Assembly: GCA_951406725.2 (NCBI GenBank)
Contig: OX597818.1
Location: 103,106,001 to 103,170,000, forward strand
From: Octopus vulgaris
Lineage: Eukaryota
Length of the DNA stretch: 64,000 bases
Reading direction: 5' to 3'
The translations under genes were made by a program, and so were the position numbers. Each line of letters begins with the position of its first letter. Position 1 is the first letter of the stretch. The notes under the pieces are model-generated. The model ran no database searches and was not told the origin of the DNA. It was given only the letters and a program-made list of their open reading frames with translations. This document shows positions 11,136-25,440 of this stretch, piece after piece.

Positions 11136-11602
11136 AATCGAACTGATAACAAGCTGGGTTCTCTTTCTTTTACGAGGCTGGAGTCTTTGACACCATCGTC
11201 AAAAAGTCTTGGGTTGTCCGGAAAGTTCGTACCGATTTATAGTAGCTTACCTTTCGACTTATTTTAGAACAGAGTTGAGTCCATAAAATAGGATTTTACT
11301 ACATCTCCATTTTAAGCAATTTTTCGTGGAAGAGAATTGAATACTTCTATCATCTTTACGGTGGTACATCCATATAGTGCTTTAACTTACTTGATCGAAT
11401 TCAGAATCGAACTGATAACAAGCTGGGTTCTCTTTCTTTTACGAGGCTGGAGTCTTTGACACCATCGTCAAAAAGTCTTGGGTTGTCCGGAAAGTTCGTA
11501 CCGATTTATAGTAGCTTACCTTTCGACTTATTTTAGAACAGAGTTGAGTCCATAAAATAGGATTTTACTACATCTCCATTTTAAGCAATTTTTCGTGGAA
11601 GA
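11136..11602 (+). repeat. Direct duplication of about 198 bp (11136-11333 and 11405-11602) including the mariner left end
   Basis: The two copies look identical by eye; 71-bp spacer. Confidence 0.9.
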
Positions 11603-12030
11603 AGGTTTGTGTTCCTATAACCTGTGTTAATTCTGTAACCCTTTAAAATGGAAGATAAGAAAATGCATTTTCGGCACTTGATGCTTTGGGAACCAGACAA
11701 AAATTGCTGCAGCTCGGTTGGGATGTGTTACCCCATCCTCCATATACGCCAGATATTGCTCCTTCGGATTTCCACTTATTCAGGTCTCTGCAGAATAGTC
11801 TTAATGGTAAAAATTTCAATTCCTTGGATGACGTAAAAAGATACCTTGATGAATTATTTGCCCTGAAACCACCGCAAATCTGTGAAGGGGGTATTTTCAA
11901 GTTAAAGGAAAGATGGAAACGCATTGTGCAACAAAATGGTTCATATTTGGTTGATAAAAAATGTAAAGGCAAGCTGTATTGACTTGTTTCTTTCCTTTAA
12001 AAATCGGCACGCATTTCCCGGACAACCCAA
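11478..12030 (+). mobile_element. Non-autonomous mariner (internally deleted transposase)
   Basis: TIRs ttgggttgtccggaaagttcgtaccgattt / aaatcggcacgcatttcccggacaacccaa followed by TA. N-terminal MEDKKMHFRHLML joined to C-terminal LGWDVLPHPPYTPDIAPSDFHLFRSLQN (YSPDLAPSD-type motif). Confidence 0.92.
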
Positions 12031-12411
12031 TATTTTTCTTATGACTTTCTATATGTATTTCTATGGTCATTGCATTGATGACATTTCTGGTCAAGTACAC
12101 TCTGATAAGGCATTTAAACGTGTACCCGTTTTGTTTCTCATGTGCATAGTTTCTCCGATAAGTTTCCTGTTATTCATAAGTCATTTTATTCATACGTTCT
12201 TTTCTAGATTTGTTTCTGTCTGGTACTCCTTGTCATATTCTTATTTCTCTCTGGTCTACAATATTGAGTCCTTTAAGCTTTCAGTTGATCGATCCACGTA
12301 TTTTGCATTTGTATGTCTCTCCTTCTTCGTCTTTGTCGTTCTCTATATTACAGTAACTTCAGACATTTGTAGGGACAAAATCGTATGAAAAATGTACATT
12401 TGCAAACCATG

Positions 12412-12825
12412 TCGCAGGAGTGGCTGTGTGGTAAGTAGCTTGCTAACCAACCACATGGTTCCGGGTTCAGTCCCATTGCGTGGCATCTTGGGCAAGTGTC
12501 TTCTGCTATAGCCTCGGGCCGACCAATGCCTTGTGAGTGGATTTGGTAGACGGAAACTGAAAGAAGCCTGTCGTATATATGTATATATATATATATATGT
12601 GTCTATGTGTTTGTGTGTCTGTGTTTGTCCCCCTAGCATTGCTTGACAACCGATGCTGGTGTGTTTACGTCCCCGTCACTTAGCGGTTCGGCAAAAGAGA
12701 CCGATAGAATAAGTTCTGGGCTTACAGAGAATAAGTCCCGGGGTTGATTTGCTCGACTAAAGGCGGTGATCCAGCATGGCCGCAGTCAAATGACTGAAAC
12801 AAGTAAAAGAGTAAAAAAAGAGAGT
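12412..12825 (+). mobile_element. Full-length tRNA-derived SINE family A (internal TA/TG microsatellite, CR1-like tail)
   Basis: A box tggctgtgtgg, B-box-like ggttcagtccc, cttgggcaagtgtctt core, tail ggcggtgatccagcatggccgcagtcaaatgactgaaac. Confidence 0.88.
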
Positions 12826-13409
12826 ATGTCGAGCACACTTATGGTCACTCACACTTAAAGATCCTCAAAGATCCTCCATCCGTGAAGATGCAGCTCCTTT
12901 GAACTAACATAATATGGCACCTAAAGTATTATCAAGATAAATGGGTAGAATTGCTAGAATGTTGGGAAGAATCACTCGAAGTTTTTGTACGAGCTCTCAT
13001 CGTTTCGAGTCGAAATCTTGCTGAGGTCATTTTTGCCTTTGATTCCTTTTGGGGTCGAAAACATTGTACCATCCAGGATGACAAACTGCTGGACATCGTG
13101 GTACTATGCAAATTTTCTTAGGACGTGTGCCATCTGTGAAAGCAGTGACATTTGTCGATTGCTACTGAGATATTGCATCAGCAATTTACAAAGTAATGTA
13201 GACGTAGCTTCGTTGTTTCAGTCGGAATACCGACTATTTACCACCGTAATATGAAATGCGTTGTTTTCTTAAGACATTAGGACATCAGTTCGAGTATATT
13301 TAGCTGTTACATCCTGACCGTTAAACGATTGCCTTGAAGAACCAAAGATTACTCGTCAAATCTAATTTTCTGCCAACTCGTCGCTTTCGTTTATTGTAAT
13401 ATTCACTTA

Positions 13410-13770
13410 TACTCTAAGCACAAGGCCCAAACTTTTTGGAGAGGGGGCTAGTCCTTTATTATAATATTACAATATTCTTTTCTATTCTAGGCACAAGGCT
13501 CGAAATTTTTGGTGAGTGGGCCAATCGATTAGATCGACCCCCAATGAGCAGTTGGTATTTAATTTGTCGGCTACGAAAGGAAGAAATGCAAAGTCGGCTT
13601 TGGCGGAATTTGAACTCACAATGTAAAGACAGATGAAATTCTGTTAATCATTTCGCCCGGCGTGCTAACGTTTCTGCCAGCTCGCCGCCTTCTTTTATTA
13701 TAATATTCTTCTCAACTTTAAGCACAAGGCCCGAAATTTAGGGAGAGGGGGCCAGTCGTTTATTATAATA
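13410..13770 (-). mobile_element. SINE family B (13475-13692) flanked by two extra isolated copies of its 3' tail
   Basis: Reverse complement aaggcggcgagctggcagaaacgttagcacgccgggcgaaat; tail gggccttgtgcttagag repeated at about 13410-13465 and 13715-13770. Confidence 0.75.
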
Positions 13771-14978
13771 TTTCAATATTACCTATTTTGCAAAGCCTTG
13801 GACATTCCTGGCTATTCCCCATTCTTTAAGATAAAAAGGAAATACGTAAAGACAAGCAAAATTTCTGAAAATTCAAATGGCGATATATTAGTGTTCAATA
13901 CAATAAACATAGTCACGTCAAACACCAGTAATTCTTTGTTCACATAGTCACACAAGTTTCGATTTATTAGTAATTTATGTGGCTAAGTTACTAAGATAAC
14001 TCCCTTATTTTTTTCTGGCGCCAAATATAAGGATGAACACCAGCTATAAACAAAACTGTAATTATTTTGTGAAAGAACATAAAACATTTTCAGATATCGA
14101 AAACAAATTAATCGCCTGTACAGTTGTAGAACTAGTAATACAAATTGTAGTTCGTTCGCCACAAATTGTCTACCTAACCATCACACACCGACATACCATA
14201 TATGGATACTAATACATATATGCGCATAGTAATATAATACGTGATTAAACACACACACACACACATTATGTATATATTTGTATGTATATATATATGCATG
14301 TTTAATCACATACATTATATATGCGTACATAGATATAGATTTAGATATAGATACAGATATAGATGGAAAAATAGATATGTAGCTATATATAAATACATAT
14401 GTATGTTTGATTTATATGCTTATTATAAATTTATATATACTATATATATATATATATATATACATCCCTTAGTATAAGCATGCCTTAGTTTGTATGTATA
14501 CTACACACATGTATATATGTAGATTGGTAGCTAGCTAGATATCTATGTGAATGCCTTTATGCCCGAGTATGCGTGTGTATATAGATATATGGTTGATTTA
14601 TTTTCACACAAACACACACATGTACATACATACATACACAAACAGACACACACACACACAAACACACATATATATGCATATATTCTACTCTATATGATTA
14701 TATATCTGTGCGGATGTGCATGTGTGAGTGAGTGTGTGCGCTTGGAGCCAAGGAAATACCATACATCATTTGCATATATAGTTCATTCACATTCTTTATG
14801 ATATAACGAAATATTACTATGTTCTTTATTCTGCATATACAAAAGCCAAGCGTATTCTTGTCAACCCTACAAATCCCATGTACATAAAACTCACATCCAT
14901 AATATATTCACTCCTGCTTGCACACCCCTTACGAGCCCGCACTAACACACACGTACGCACACAGACACACATATATAT

Positions 14979-15033
<55 letters not shown>

Positions 15034-15327
15034 ATGAATGTAGTACTTAATTTAGATACACCAGAATTCTGTATGGCGTTATCCATAAAATTCCGTGGGG
15101 TGATTATAATCAAAATAGGCAACCGGAGTCATTCTTGTTGCTTATTTTGAGTATGTATATATATGCACATATGCGTGTGTGTGCATACAGCAGTATGAAA
15201 GTATGAAGAGACAAGCAACTGGTATCTATGTAGATCATGGCCTTTATATATTTAAACATTATTATTATTGCTGAGTTGCAACAATGGAGCAGATCATAAA
15301 TAAGTCAGTGAAATTGTGTTCAGATAG

Positions 15328-15418
15328 ATCCTTACAGCTGTTTCAAGTATAGATGCACATATGTTACAACGAAAATGAGCTATCCTTATAGCGGCAGCTT
15401 ATTCCATCTTCAGAGAGA
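15328..15418 (-). ncRNA. Hammerhead-like motif with long domain II
   Basis: Minus strand: tctct-CTGAAGA-(about 60 nt)-GAAA-CAGCTG-TA-agga; weak stem I. Confidence 0.45.
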
Positions 15419-15945
15419 AAATGAATGTCTTTAGTTGCAGTTTAAATCGGTGTTTTACGTGGTAATTCAACTTGAGCAATTATAGTATTATTTTATCATA
15501 TTTTATCTATTTTATTTTATCTAGTTTCAGCTCACGAGCTATGGCCATGCTGGGGCAAAACATTTTCATTAGATGGAACATTATGTAATTTCTCTCTCTT
15601 CTTTCTCCCTCTCCCCACTCCACTCTTTGTCTCTATAATTTATGTTTGTGTGCGTATATTTGTACTTATATAATATAATACTGTTATCGACAGTACAATG
15701 TTGTACTTAGGCTGTACTATGAAGATTGCAAAAATCTTTCAAAGCAACGTCTAGAAATATGCGGGGTTCGTGAAAATTAGACAAAGACACTGGCTTAACG
15801 TAACATGGATAACATAAGAATCATTAATCAAATGGTATCTAATACTCCTTTCGTTTGGCAAACATTTTGAAGTTAAAAACCAAAGTATTAGCTGTAAGAT
15901 CCAGTGCATGTTTGGAATGTGGATAATATTTTAATATGAGCTATA

Positions 15946-16335
15946 GTGGAAGCACTCCGTCGGTTACGACGATGAGGGTTCCGGTTGATCCGACCAACGG
16001 AACAGCCTGCTCGTGAAATTAACGTGTAAGTGGCTGAGCACTCCACAGACACGTGTACCCTTAACGTAGTGCTCGGGGATATTCAGCGTGACACAGAGAT
16101 TGACAAGGCCGGCCCTTTGAAATACAGGTACAACAGAAACAGGAAGAAAGAGTGAGAGAGAGAAAGTTGTGGTGAAAGAGTACAGCAGGAATTACCACCA
16201 TGCCCTGCCGGAGCATCGTGGAGCTTTTAGGTGTTTTCGCTCAATAAACACTCACAACGCCCGGTCTGGGAATCGAAACAGCGATCCTACGACCGCGAGT
16301 CCGCTGCCCTAACCACTAGGTCATTGCGCCTCCAC
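15946..16335 (-). mobile_element. tRNA-derived SINE, head C plus tail 1
   Basis: Head ggaggcgcaatgacctagtggttagggcagcggactcgcggtcgtaggatcgctgtttcgattcccag; homologous to the 10183 and 56119 copies. Confidence 0.88.
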
Positions 16336-16549
16336 AATATAAGCTATGTATCCTGAAAAATAAGTTTACTGCACTTACGCTCATCCATAATTCCACCATA
16401 CTATCCGGCATTTAAAAACAAGTAGTGGGTCAATTCATTCGACTAAAACTTCTGAATGCAGTGCTCCAGCATGGTCGTAATCCAATGACTGAAAGGAGTG
16501 AAGTATAAAAAGTAGCGTAGTTAGAAATGTTTCAGCTATTTCGGATATA

Positions 16550-16978
16550 GGCGCAGGAGTGGCTGTATGGTTAGAAACTTGCTTCCCAACCACATGGTTC
16601 CAGGTTCAGTCCCACTGCGTGGCACTTTGGGCTAGTGTCATCTACTATAACCTCGGGCCGACCGAAGCCTTGTGAGTGGATTTGGTAGACGGAAGCTGAA
16701 AGAAGCCCGTCGTATATATGTATATGCATATATATATAGATGTGTGTGTGTGTGTGTTTGTGTCTGTGTTTGCCACCCTCCCCCCCCCAACATCGCTTGA
16801 CAACCGATGCTGGTGTGTTTACGCCCCCGTAACTTAGCGGTTCGGCAAAAAAGACCGATAGAATAAGTGCTAGGCTTACAAAGAATAAGTCCTGGGGTCG
16901 ATTTGCTCGACTAAAGGCGGTGCTCCAGCATGGCAGCAGTCAATGACTGAAACAAATAAAAGAGTAGGGAGTAAGAGT
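16550..16978 (+). mobile_element. Full-length SINE family A
   Basis: Colinear with 12412-12825. Confidence 0.88.
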
Positions 16979-17128
16979 ATATAAAAAATTTTAAATGTTA
17001 CAAATTTGGAGATAGGAGATTGCTCTGTACTTCTGCGTAAGTTTGGTCAAATGCACCCGAAAACAAAAACTGGAGATACTAGCAGTGCTTGAACTAGTTG
17101 CAATGGACCTAAAGGGTTAACATATGAA

Positions 17129-17252
<124 letters not shown>

Positions 17253-18051
17253 ATATAAAAAATATTGATGGATGAACTTTTGTGAATGGTTTCATATTAT
17301 CTGCTCAATTTATTATGAAGTACCATCCTGATTTTTTTCATCTACATCATCAATTGTGATATAAAATTTCTGTGTGTCAGTATATTCAATCTTTCGAACA
17401 GCATTGCACGTGTGTATGTATAAGTATTTATGCATGTATGTTTGTATGTATGTAGGTATGTATACACACAGACGCACTTTTGTTGAAACAGATATAGTGA
17501 TAGATAGCCAGATAGATGCATACATAGATGTGTATTAAATATTAAAAATGATATATTCAAAACAGTCACCTCAGGAATTTGTTCAAAACGATTACAATCA
17601 CTACTATCATCCAAAACGAGGCACTTATAGATCACTTGACCATTTAAGAGGATTCCGCGAAGATATACTGCTATTGTCATACGACTCGCGCATTCTTTTC
17701 TTCTTCTTCTTCTTCAGTTTCTTTCTCCACTACTACTGCTGCTTAACAATCAAAGACAAGAATTCATATCAAACTAGCTGCTGCTATCTACCTAGAACCC
17801 ATAAGAGTTAAAACAAAGACGGAGACAGGCAGAAAAAAAGGAAAATGTCACTTGAAAACTATGAAAATATATTAAAAATATATTTCATTTAATTTTTCCA
17901 CAGATTAATGACTGAAACTAATACTAAAATGTTCTTCATGATAGAAATATTCTAGCATTTTCTACGTTGTCTCATTTTCATTCTTTCTTTCTTTCTTTAT
18001 ATATATATGTATATATATATATATGTGTGTGTGTGTAAAGATATATAAATA

Positions 18052-18082
<31 letters not shown>

Positions 18083-18414
18083 TGTATATATATATGTATA
18101 TATATACATACATTTACACACATTCATTTATATTCATGTTTATTTATATAAACATGTATATATATATGTATGTATATATATGCGTGTATATATATGTCTG
18201 TATGTATATATTTATATATATACATACAAGCTTATATATACATATATATATATGTATATATATGTCTACATATAAAGTGATAAATACATGTGTATTCTGT
18301 GTATGAATATGCATAAGGATATTGTATTCATATATACGTATATGATGATATATGTGTATATACAAATATATGTTCACACGCACACACACACACACACACA
18401 TACACGTACACACA

Positions 18415-18491
<77 letters not shown>

Positions 18492-19380
18492 TTGTACATA
18501 CATATGCATCAAGAGACACCCACACACATATTGTACAGTGGAATAAAATTTGCATGTTTAAACAGACTCACAAAACATACTAAGAGACATTTTAGAATAT
18601 TTAAATTATTGCAGTTTTACACCTGAAGGACTCGTATCTAACACTACCGTATCTAAAAATATTAACAGAAAATAATTTCATCAAATCAGTCCTATGCGTG
18701 TTATTTGGGAAGTTCCATGCGGTTGGTGACTATTTTACTTACTGGTTGTTTTACGATTTTACGAACTGTTTAGTATTCTGCAATATACCTCGTGTTGAAG
18801 CTACAAATACAACATATACCACATCGCTTGTTTACCCCAATACTTTGAATTTATCCTCTGCCGGCAGAAATCAGAGAATTCCTATAGATACTTATCTCTA
18901 TAAAAACACGAGAGCTTCCTCCTTCAGGAAACATCTAGACAGATGCCGGAACACCTACAAAAAGATAACAGTCACAGTTGAGGCCAATGAAAGAAATTAG
19001 GGTAATTTAAGAATTAAGGAAGCTATACTCATACATAGACTACGGCTCCAAATTAACAACAGGCTGGAAGTTGGTAATCAATGCATTATTTAGATGCATC
19101 TGGATGCATGTAGATTAATTTTTGATATTATGCTCATCTGAAGTTTTGTAACAAAAAAAAGAAGAAAGAAGTGGGGAGGAAGCTGCGCGTATAATACGTA
19201 ACTTAGAAGCAGCGCTATGGATGTATCTGTACAGACGAGATTGAGACATGGCCGACCTCACACACTTCTCATGAGGAATTCCGGAAGGAGCGTCGTGAGA
19301 CCACTGCTGAGACGCTTCCAAAAGATAATAAAAGGAAAGCCGTTAGGAAACCGATTATAACAGCGACTCCATCTAAGAAT

Positions 19381-19420
19381 ATCTGAAGAAGGAATATAAT
19401 TCCGAAATATCATATCAGAC
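19381..19420 (+). ncRNA. Minimal hammerhead-like motif
   Basis: CTGAAGA-a-ggaat-ata-attcc-GAAA-tatcata-TC; core and stem II intact, stem I poor. Confidence 0.45.
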
Positions 19421-19778
19421 TATGGATAACTAAATTACAACAGGTATATAGCCCGTTGTCTGTATTATAGTGCATTGTTGCAACATTCAAAACATTTTAT
19501 TCTTTACAAACAATACACAGTGCTTCAAGCGAACTACATTACTCTCCTTTTTCTCTATAACTTTTAATTTAGCTTTATAGAAGATTGATATAGAGTGTTT
19601 GATGCATGGCACTGTGACACACTTATAAATTAATCTAATATATTTGTTAGAATATGCAAGCACAATACTAATGTAAATGTTAATGTGCTCTAGGTACCTG
19701 GTATGCAGCAGAAATATTACGGAGATGTACTTGCATAGCGTGGGACTTGATCTGGGATAGTGTGCTGCAACGAAAACA

Positions 19779-20054
19779 ATTGCAGTGTGAAAGGTGTTTA
19801 TAAGCCATTTAAGAAACGCTCAAAACCGTTAGATTCACTTTAACATTTAAATTTAATTTGTCAAAATATTTTCGTCGCTTTGAGACCGCGACTTGTTCAC
19901 TGACAAAACTTCGTGCTGCCCGAAGTTTTGTCAGTGAACAAGTCGTAGTCTCAAAGCGACGAAAATATTTTGACAAATTCAATTCAAATGTTGAAGTGAA
20001 TCTACGGTTTTGTGTGTTTCTTAAATGGCTTATAAACACCTTCCACACTGCGAT
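19779..20054. repeat. Near-perfect palindrome (about 135-bp arms, 7-nt spacer 19914-19920); each arm carries a variant hammerhead motif
   Basis: Arms are reverse complements with few mismatches. Right arm 19927-19977: tttgtca-GTGAACA-a-gtcg..cgac-GAAA-ATAT-TT-tgacaaa. Confidence 0.85.
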
Positions 20055-20185
20055 TTTTTTAATGGCTCTCTACATTCCAAGGAGTCATACATTCGATAAT
20101 TACAGCTGGATTTTCATATGAGTATTTCGTTTTTGGATTTGGCTTGCAAGATTCTTTATATGAGTTCGTGTGTTGAAGCATATTC

Positions 20186-20617
20186 TGTTGTGTCTGGGGA
20201 GAGTAATTTTCTTTTTGTGCCATATAATTTAACACTCACCGGTAAAATTTCCACATGAATATGCAGAATACATACATACATAGAGATGCACACACACACA
20301 TACATATATACACATGCATACACACTCGTATATACGTACACACACATGCATCCATACATACATACGTACATACACACATACATACGTACGTACATGCATG
20401 CATAGGTACACACACACACTCTGACCCACACACACATGCACAAACAAACAAACAAAAAACGCAGTGTAAATAACGGGCAGAGTCAAGACTATTGAAAAGG
20501 TTGCAAGGCACAACGAAAATTTTCGGAAAATAAAAATTAAAAATAAGTGGAAATTTTACCGGTGAGTGTGTTAAATTATAAGGCACAAAAAGAAAATGAC
20601 TCTCCCCAGGCACAACT
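20186..20617. repeat. Inverted repeat (about 70-bp arms, 20186-20254 and 20547-20617) around microsatellite
   Basis: gttgtgtctggggagagtaattttctttttgtgcc..ccggtaaaatttccac versus its reverse complement. Confidence 0.85.
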
Positions 20618-22403
20618 TCATATGAGTAGTTATTTGGGAAAAGAAAAGAAGAAACCCACTTTTTTGTAATATCATTGCCTGAAAGGAAATGACATATGGA
20701 TACTAGTATTTAAATATATTCTAATTTCACTTGAGACCTGTTTGTTTTGAAGATGTTCCGTGTTTTTGTCATCGAGGAAAAAGAAATTTGACCAACACCG
20801 CAATTAATTTATCCGAGATATGCATAGACCGACGGAACTCTTCTGCAAGTACTCATTAATTAAGATGAGCAACTGCTGTAATGGATAGATTCTTCTTTCA
20901 CATTGGTTACTTCTGTGAACAATGCAATGCTGCAGTAATGTTACGTATGAAGCTTACACATTTCTGAAGATTTGACAATGCATTTTAGCCATATAATTTA
21001 CACCAGGTTGCTTATAATCGCTTTTAATAACACGTACGTAAGATTGCATAACAGTGTATCTTAAAACCAATCTCTCATGTGTCTTTAAAATTTTTTTGAC
21101 ATGTACTCTATAACAAACCCATGCTCCAGAATCGTGCCAAATAATAAAAGTACAATAACAGGAAAATACATAGATTTCTCAATATTGTTTACTTACCTTA
21201 CAATTTGCTTTTTTAGCTTTATATTTAACTACACCCCGCAAAAAACTCACACGCACGTACACATACATGCACGCATACACACATTGGTATACACATACAT
21301 AATGGATATATGTACCTGTGGCATTTCGCCTTCTTTGCCTATCTTTACTTGCGACTCACCCAGTTTTTTACAATCTTTCTTGCAAGTATTCAATTATCTT
21401 TGTTTCACTATAATTTGGTATATATATTTTTTTACCTCTGTTTCGCAACGTTTTCCTTCTTTCACTAATTCCTTACTTTATTCTTTACTTCTTCCCCTTT
21501 TTGTGGCTTATCCATCACTGGTTATTTTTCTGTCTGTTTCCCTGAATCTCTTTCTATCCCTAATACACTCATACACACCATCTCCCAACTCATTTAAATC
21601 CTTACACACACACACACACAAGACCAAATATTCTCTTATTCAGTGCGGCTTACTATGTATTATACTGAACTGAATCATATTCAGTTGACTACAACTATCC
21701 AAACAGCAAACATACAGAATCCATTACTAAGTGTTTATGAAATCTAAAATAACAAATAAGGGACATAACCCCCATAAGATCAGATGACCGAAGTTTTTTT
21801 AATATTCTCACTTTCTTTTATTGTATGTACTTTACATACAAACACATTCAAATATTCTGTTTTCATCTTTAACTTACTTAATTTTATATATTGACAGGAG
21901 ACTCATTCAAAATTTCGTTTTATCTCATTTTTCACATTTTCTTTCTGTTTAATGTGTGTTTTTCGCGCCTAAATAATTCTCTCTGTTTCTCACAACAATA
22001 TTCACTGCTATACCAATCCTCATTAAACCGCACACATATACACCCAAATGTAGTATAGCTATTTAAAATATTCCCTGTTCGTTTGAGTCTATAATTCTTG
22101 CATTATCATCAGGGATCAAACTCTAACAGATTTAATAATTTACACGATAACTCATTCGCTGCTCTGTGTCTCATTCTTTCATTCTCTCCCTCATTGTATC
22201 CCTCTCCCGGCTAACCATAAATCTCTCACTTTCTCTTTCGTGTGCACCTTATCAACCGTTAACAATTTTACGCCAAGGTAATTTCTGCCATGTACCCTCT
22301 GGTTATTTTATTCCGGCATTGTTGTCCCTATATGTCTGTCTAAACACTCACGTATCGATCTACTTGTATGTCTGTCTCTGTCTCTCTCCCTCTGTCACTA
22401 TAC

Positions 22404-22493
<90 letters not shown>

Positions 22494-23269
22494 TTATCTA
22501 TCTATTTGTTTATCATTCTCTATCTCGCTTCGTCTTACTTAGACACACACATACACACACACACACATAAATATATATATATATATATGCATACACCTAC
22601 ACAAAGACACCCTTCCATTTGCATACACTAAACATAGCAGCCAAACAGATAGTCATAAACTCATAGACATACATACCCGCTCCCGCGGCAGTAAAACCCT
22701 CACAAAACAGATGTAACAATAAGAAAACAAAAAAAGCAAAGAAAAATGTAAACAAAAAATGAGAAAGAATAAAAATGAAATTAATAAAAAAAACCCAAAT
22801 AACCTTAATATCAACAACAAAACACCAGTGGGAACCACAAACAACAACAGACACGAAATTGCCTACTAAACAACAACAATTACAGCAACAACAACAAAAA
22901 CAAAATATCTCTATTTTACGACCGGCGAAATCTTTAGTCTCCACACTGTCTGAATAGCAAAGCAGCTGATTTCGATCATAGCTTGATAAAATAATCAAAT
23001 AAGATTAACTATTACTATAGTTCTTGATTTATATAACTGAAGATGTTTCTATCTATTGTCTCTATTTGACCAGAATGCCAAATCAATGGACTAGTCTAGC
23101 TCAAGATATTCATTGCTTTAAAACAAATAGCGAACAAACATCCCCCCGCCAAAAAAAGGGGAAAACTATTATAAAGTCCGAAACAAGAGGAACGCAAAAA
23201 AACAAAACAATCTTTAACTGGCATTTTGCTATTTTAAAATAACTTTGTGTTCAAATGTATGTTTGTGTG

Positions 23270-23357
<88 letters not shown>

Positions 23358-23563
23358 TATGCGTATATATATGTATATATATATATGTATATGTATATAT
23401 ATATATATGTTTGTATATATATATATATATATGTGCATGTATATATATATATGTATGTATATATATGCATATATGTGTGCATGTATATATATATGTATGT
23501 ATGCATACATATATATACACACATATATATGTATGTATATATATATACGTATGTGTCTATATG

Positions 23564-23595
<32 letters not shown>

Positions 23596-23916
23596 AATAT
23601 TTATATACATATAGACACATACGTATATATATATATGTATGTATATGTATGTGTGTAAGTATATATACAAATACAATCGCACACTTATATACCAACATAT
23701 ACTTCATTACTTGTTTTCGAGATAATATATAGTTTATTGCCTATTGCGGACTGTTTTATGTTTTTCTAAGAGGGATTCTGTGATGGAGACGAAGTAAAAT
23801 TAGTTGCTATTATGGAGCAAATCCCTTTAGCCGAAGTTACATAGAGTAATAGCATAATTTCTCAGCGATATTACGTCTCTGGAAACTGTTTATAAGAGGC
23901 TGTCAGTGAGTGAATC

Positions 23917-23996
<80 letters not shown>

Positions 23997-24095
23997 CTTT
24001 GTGTGAAATTTCGTTTTTCCATCTTCGAAAAGAAAAGCTCTACATTTGTATTTGTCCCCTCTGTGTTCAGCCCTGTGTGGCCAATAAACAAAGTT
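23997..24095 (+). mobile_element. 3'-terminal fragment of the Tx1-like LINE within (TATC)n
   Basis: aaaagaaaagctctac..ttgtcccctctgtgttcagccctgtgtggccaataaa matches 47013-47077; TATC repeats on both sides. Confidence 0.85.
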
Positions 24096-24300
24096 ATCTA
24101 TCTATCTATCTATTTATTTTTATACATAGATAGATAAATAAATATTTCTGTATCTATGTGTATACATATATATATGTTTATGTATAAATATATATGTTTG
24201 CGTGTCTGTATATATGCATATGCACATATACGGCGTACTTACATACACACGCGCACATACACACATGTCCATAATATACTTCAATATTTCTTTCCTACTA

Positions 24301-24333
<33 letters not shown>

Positions 24334-24626
24334 TGTATGTATGTATGTATGTATGTATGTATGTATGTATGCATGCATGCATGAATGTATGTATGTATGT
24401 ATGTATGTATGTATGTATGTATGTATGTTGGTAAGTATGTTTGTTTGTTTGTGTGAGTAGATAAGGTGCGGGTGTTTTGTTTGTCTGACTTATACTGGTT
24501 CTATTTAATTAACGTCCAATCTGTTTGGTATCTCTGTGACTGCCTGTCTCTCTATCATTCAATATTCTAAACTTAGCCTTCGCTCCTCCATACACATACA
24601 CAACACACACACACACACACACACAG

Positions 24627-24672
<46 letters not shown>

Positions 24673-24738
24673 AATATGTGTGTGTGTGTGTGTGTGTACA
24701 TATGAATATTTATATATCTATCAACCTCTGTGTCTATT

Positions 24739-24785
<47 letters not shown>

Positions 24786-24863
24786 ATCTGTCTATCTATA
24801 TATATATATGTATGTCTGTGTGTGTGTCTATGATTGTGTGTATAAATTTTGATGCATATGTAC

Positions 24864-24907
<44 letters not shown>

Positions 24908-24929
24908 TGTGTGTGTGTGTGTGTGTATG

Positions 24930-24968
<39 letters not shown>

Positions 24969-25084
24969 GCATACACACACACATATCCTCCGGATATGGT
25001 ATTACTTTTAATTAAGTTTAAATGAAAAACAACGTAACTTAAATATTTGTGGATCTCTTAAAATTTGAATAGAATATATATATG

Positions 25085-25139
<55 letters not shown>

Positions 25140-25154
25140 ATGTAATATATATAC

Positions 25155-25236
<82 letters not shown>

Positions 25237-25239
<3 letters not shown>

Positions 25240-25440
25240 AAAGTTTACGAAAAAGGCAATAGACGAAGACATGTGGCGTACAAAACAAACAGATGTATTA
25301 GTATAACGCTCAGGAATAGAAAAAAGTCTTTTACGTTTCGAGCCTACGCTCTTCTACAGAAAGGTACACAGAAAAAACAAGGAGAGAAAAAATTGTGTGT
25401 AGTGACTAACGATCTATCATGGCGACTAGTGCCGGACAGA
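25237..25440 (-). mobile_element. Short repeat family H2 with hammerhead-like motif at 25328-25363
   Basis: Minus strand cttt-CTGTAGA-a-gagc-gtag-gctc-GAAA-CG-TA-aaag; homologous to 43055-43270 and 61735-61860. Confidence 0.7.

Noticed and set aside
18700-19330. Possible decayed Penelope GIY-YIG coding remnant upstream of the 19381 motif
   Set aside because: Only vague peptide resemblance across frameshifts; needs a translated search.
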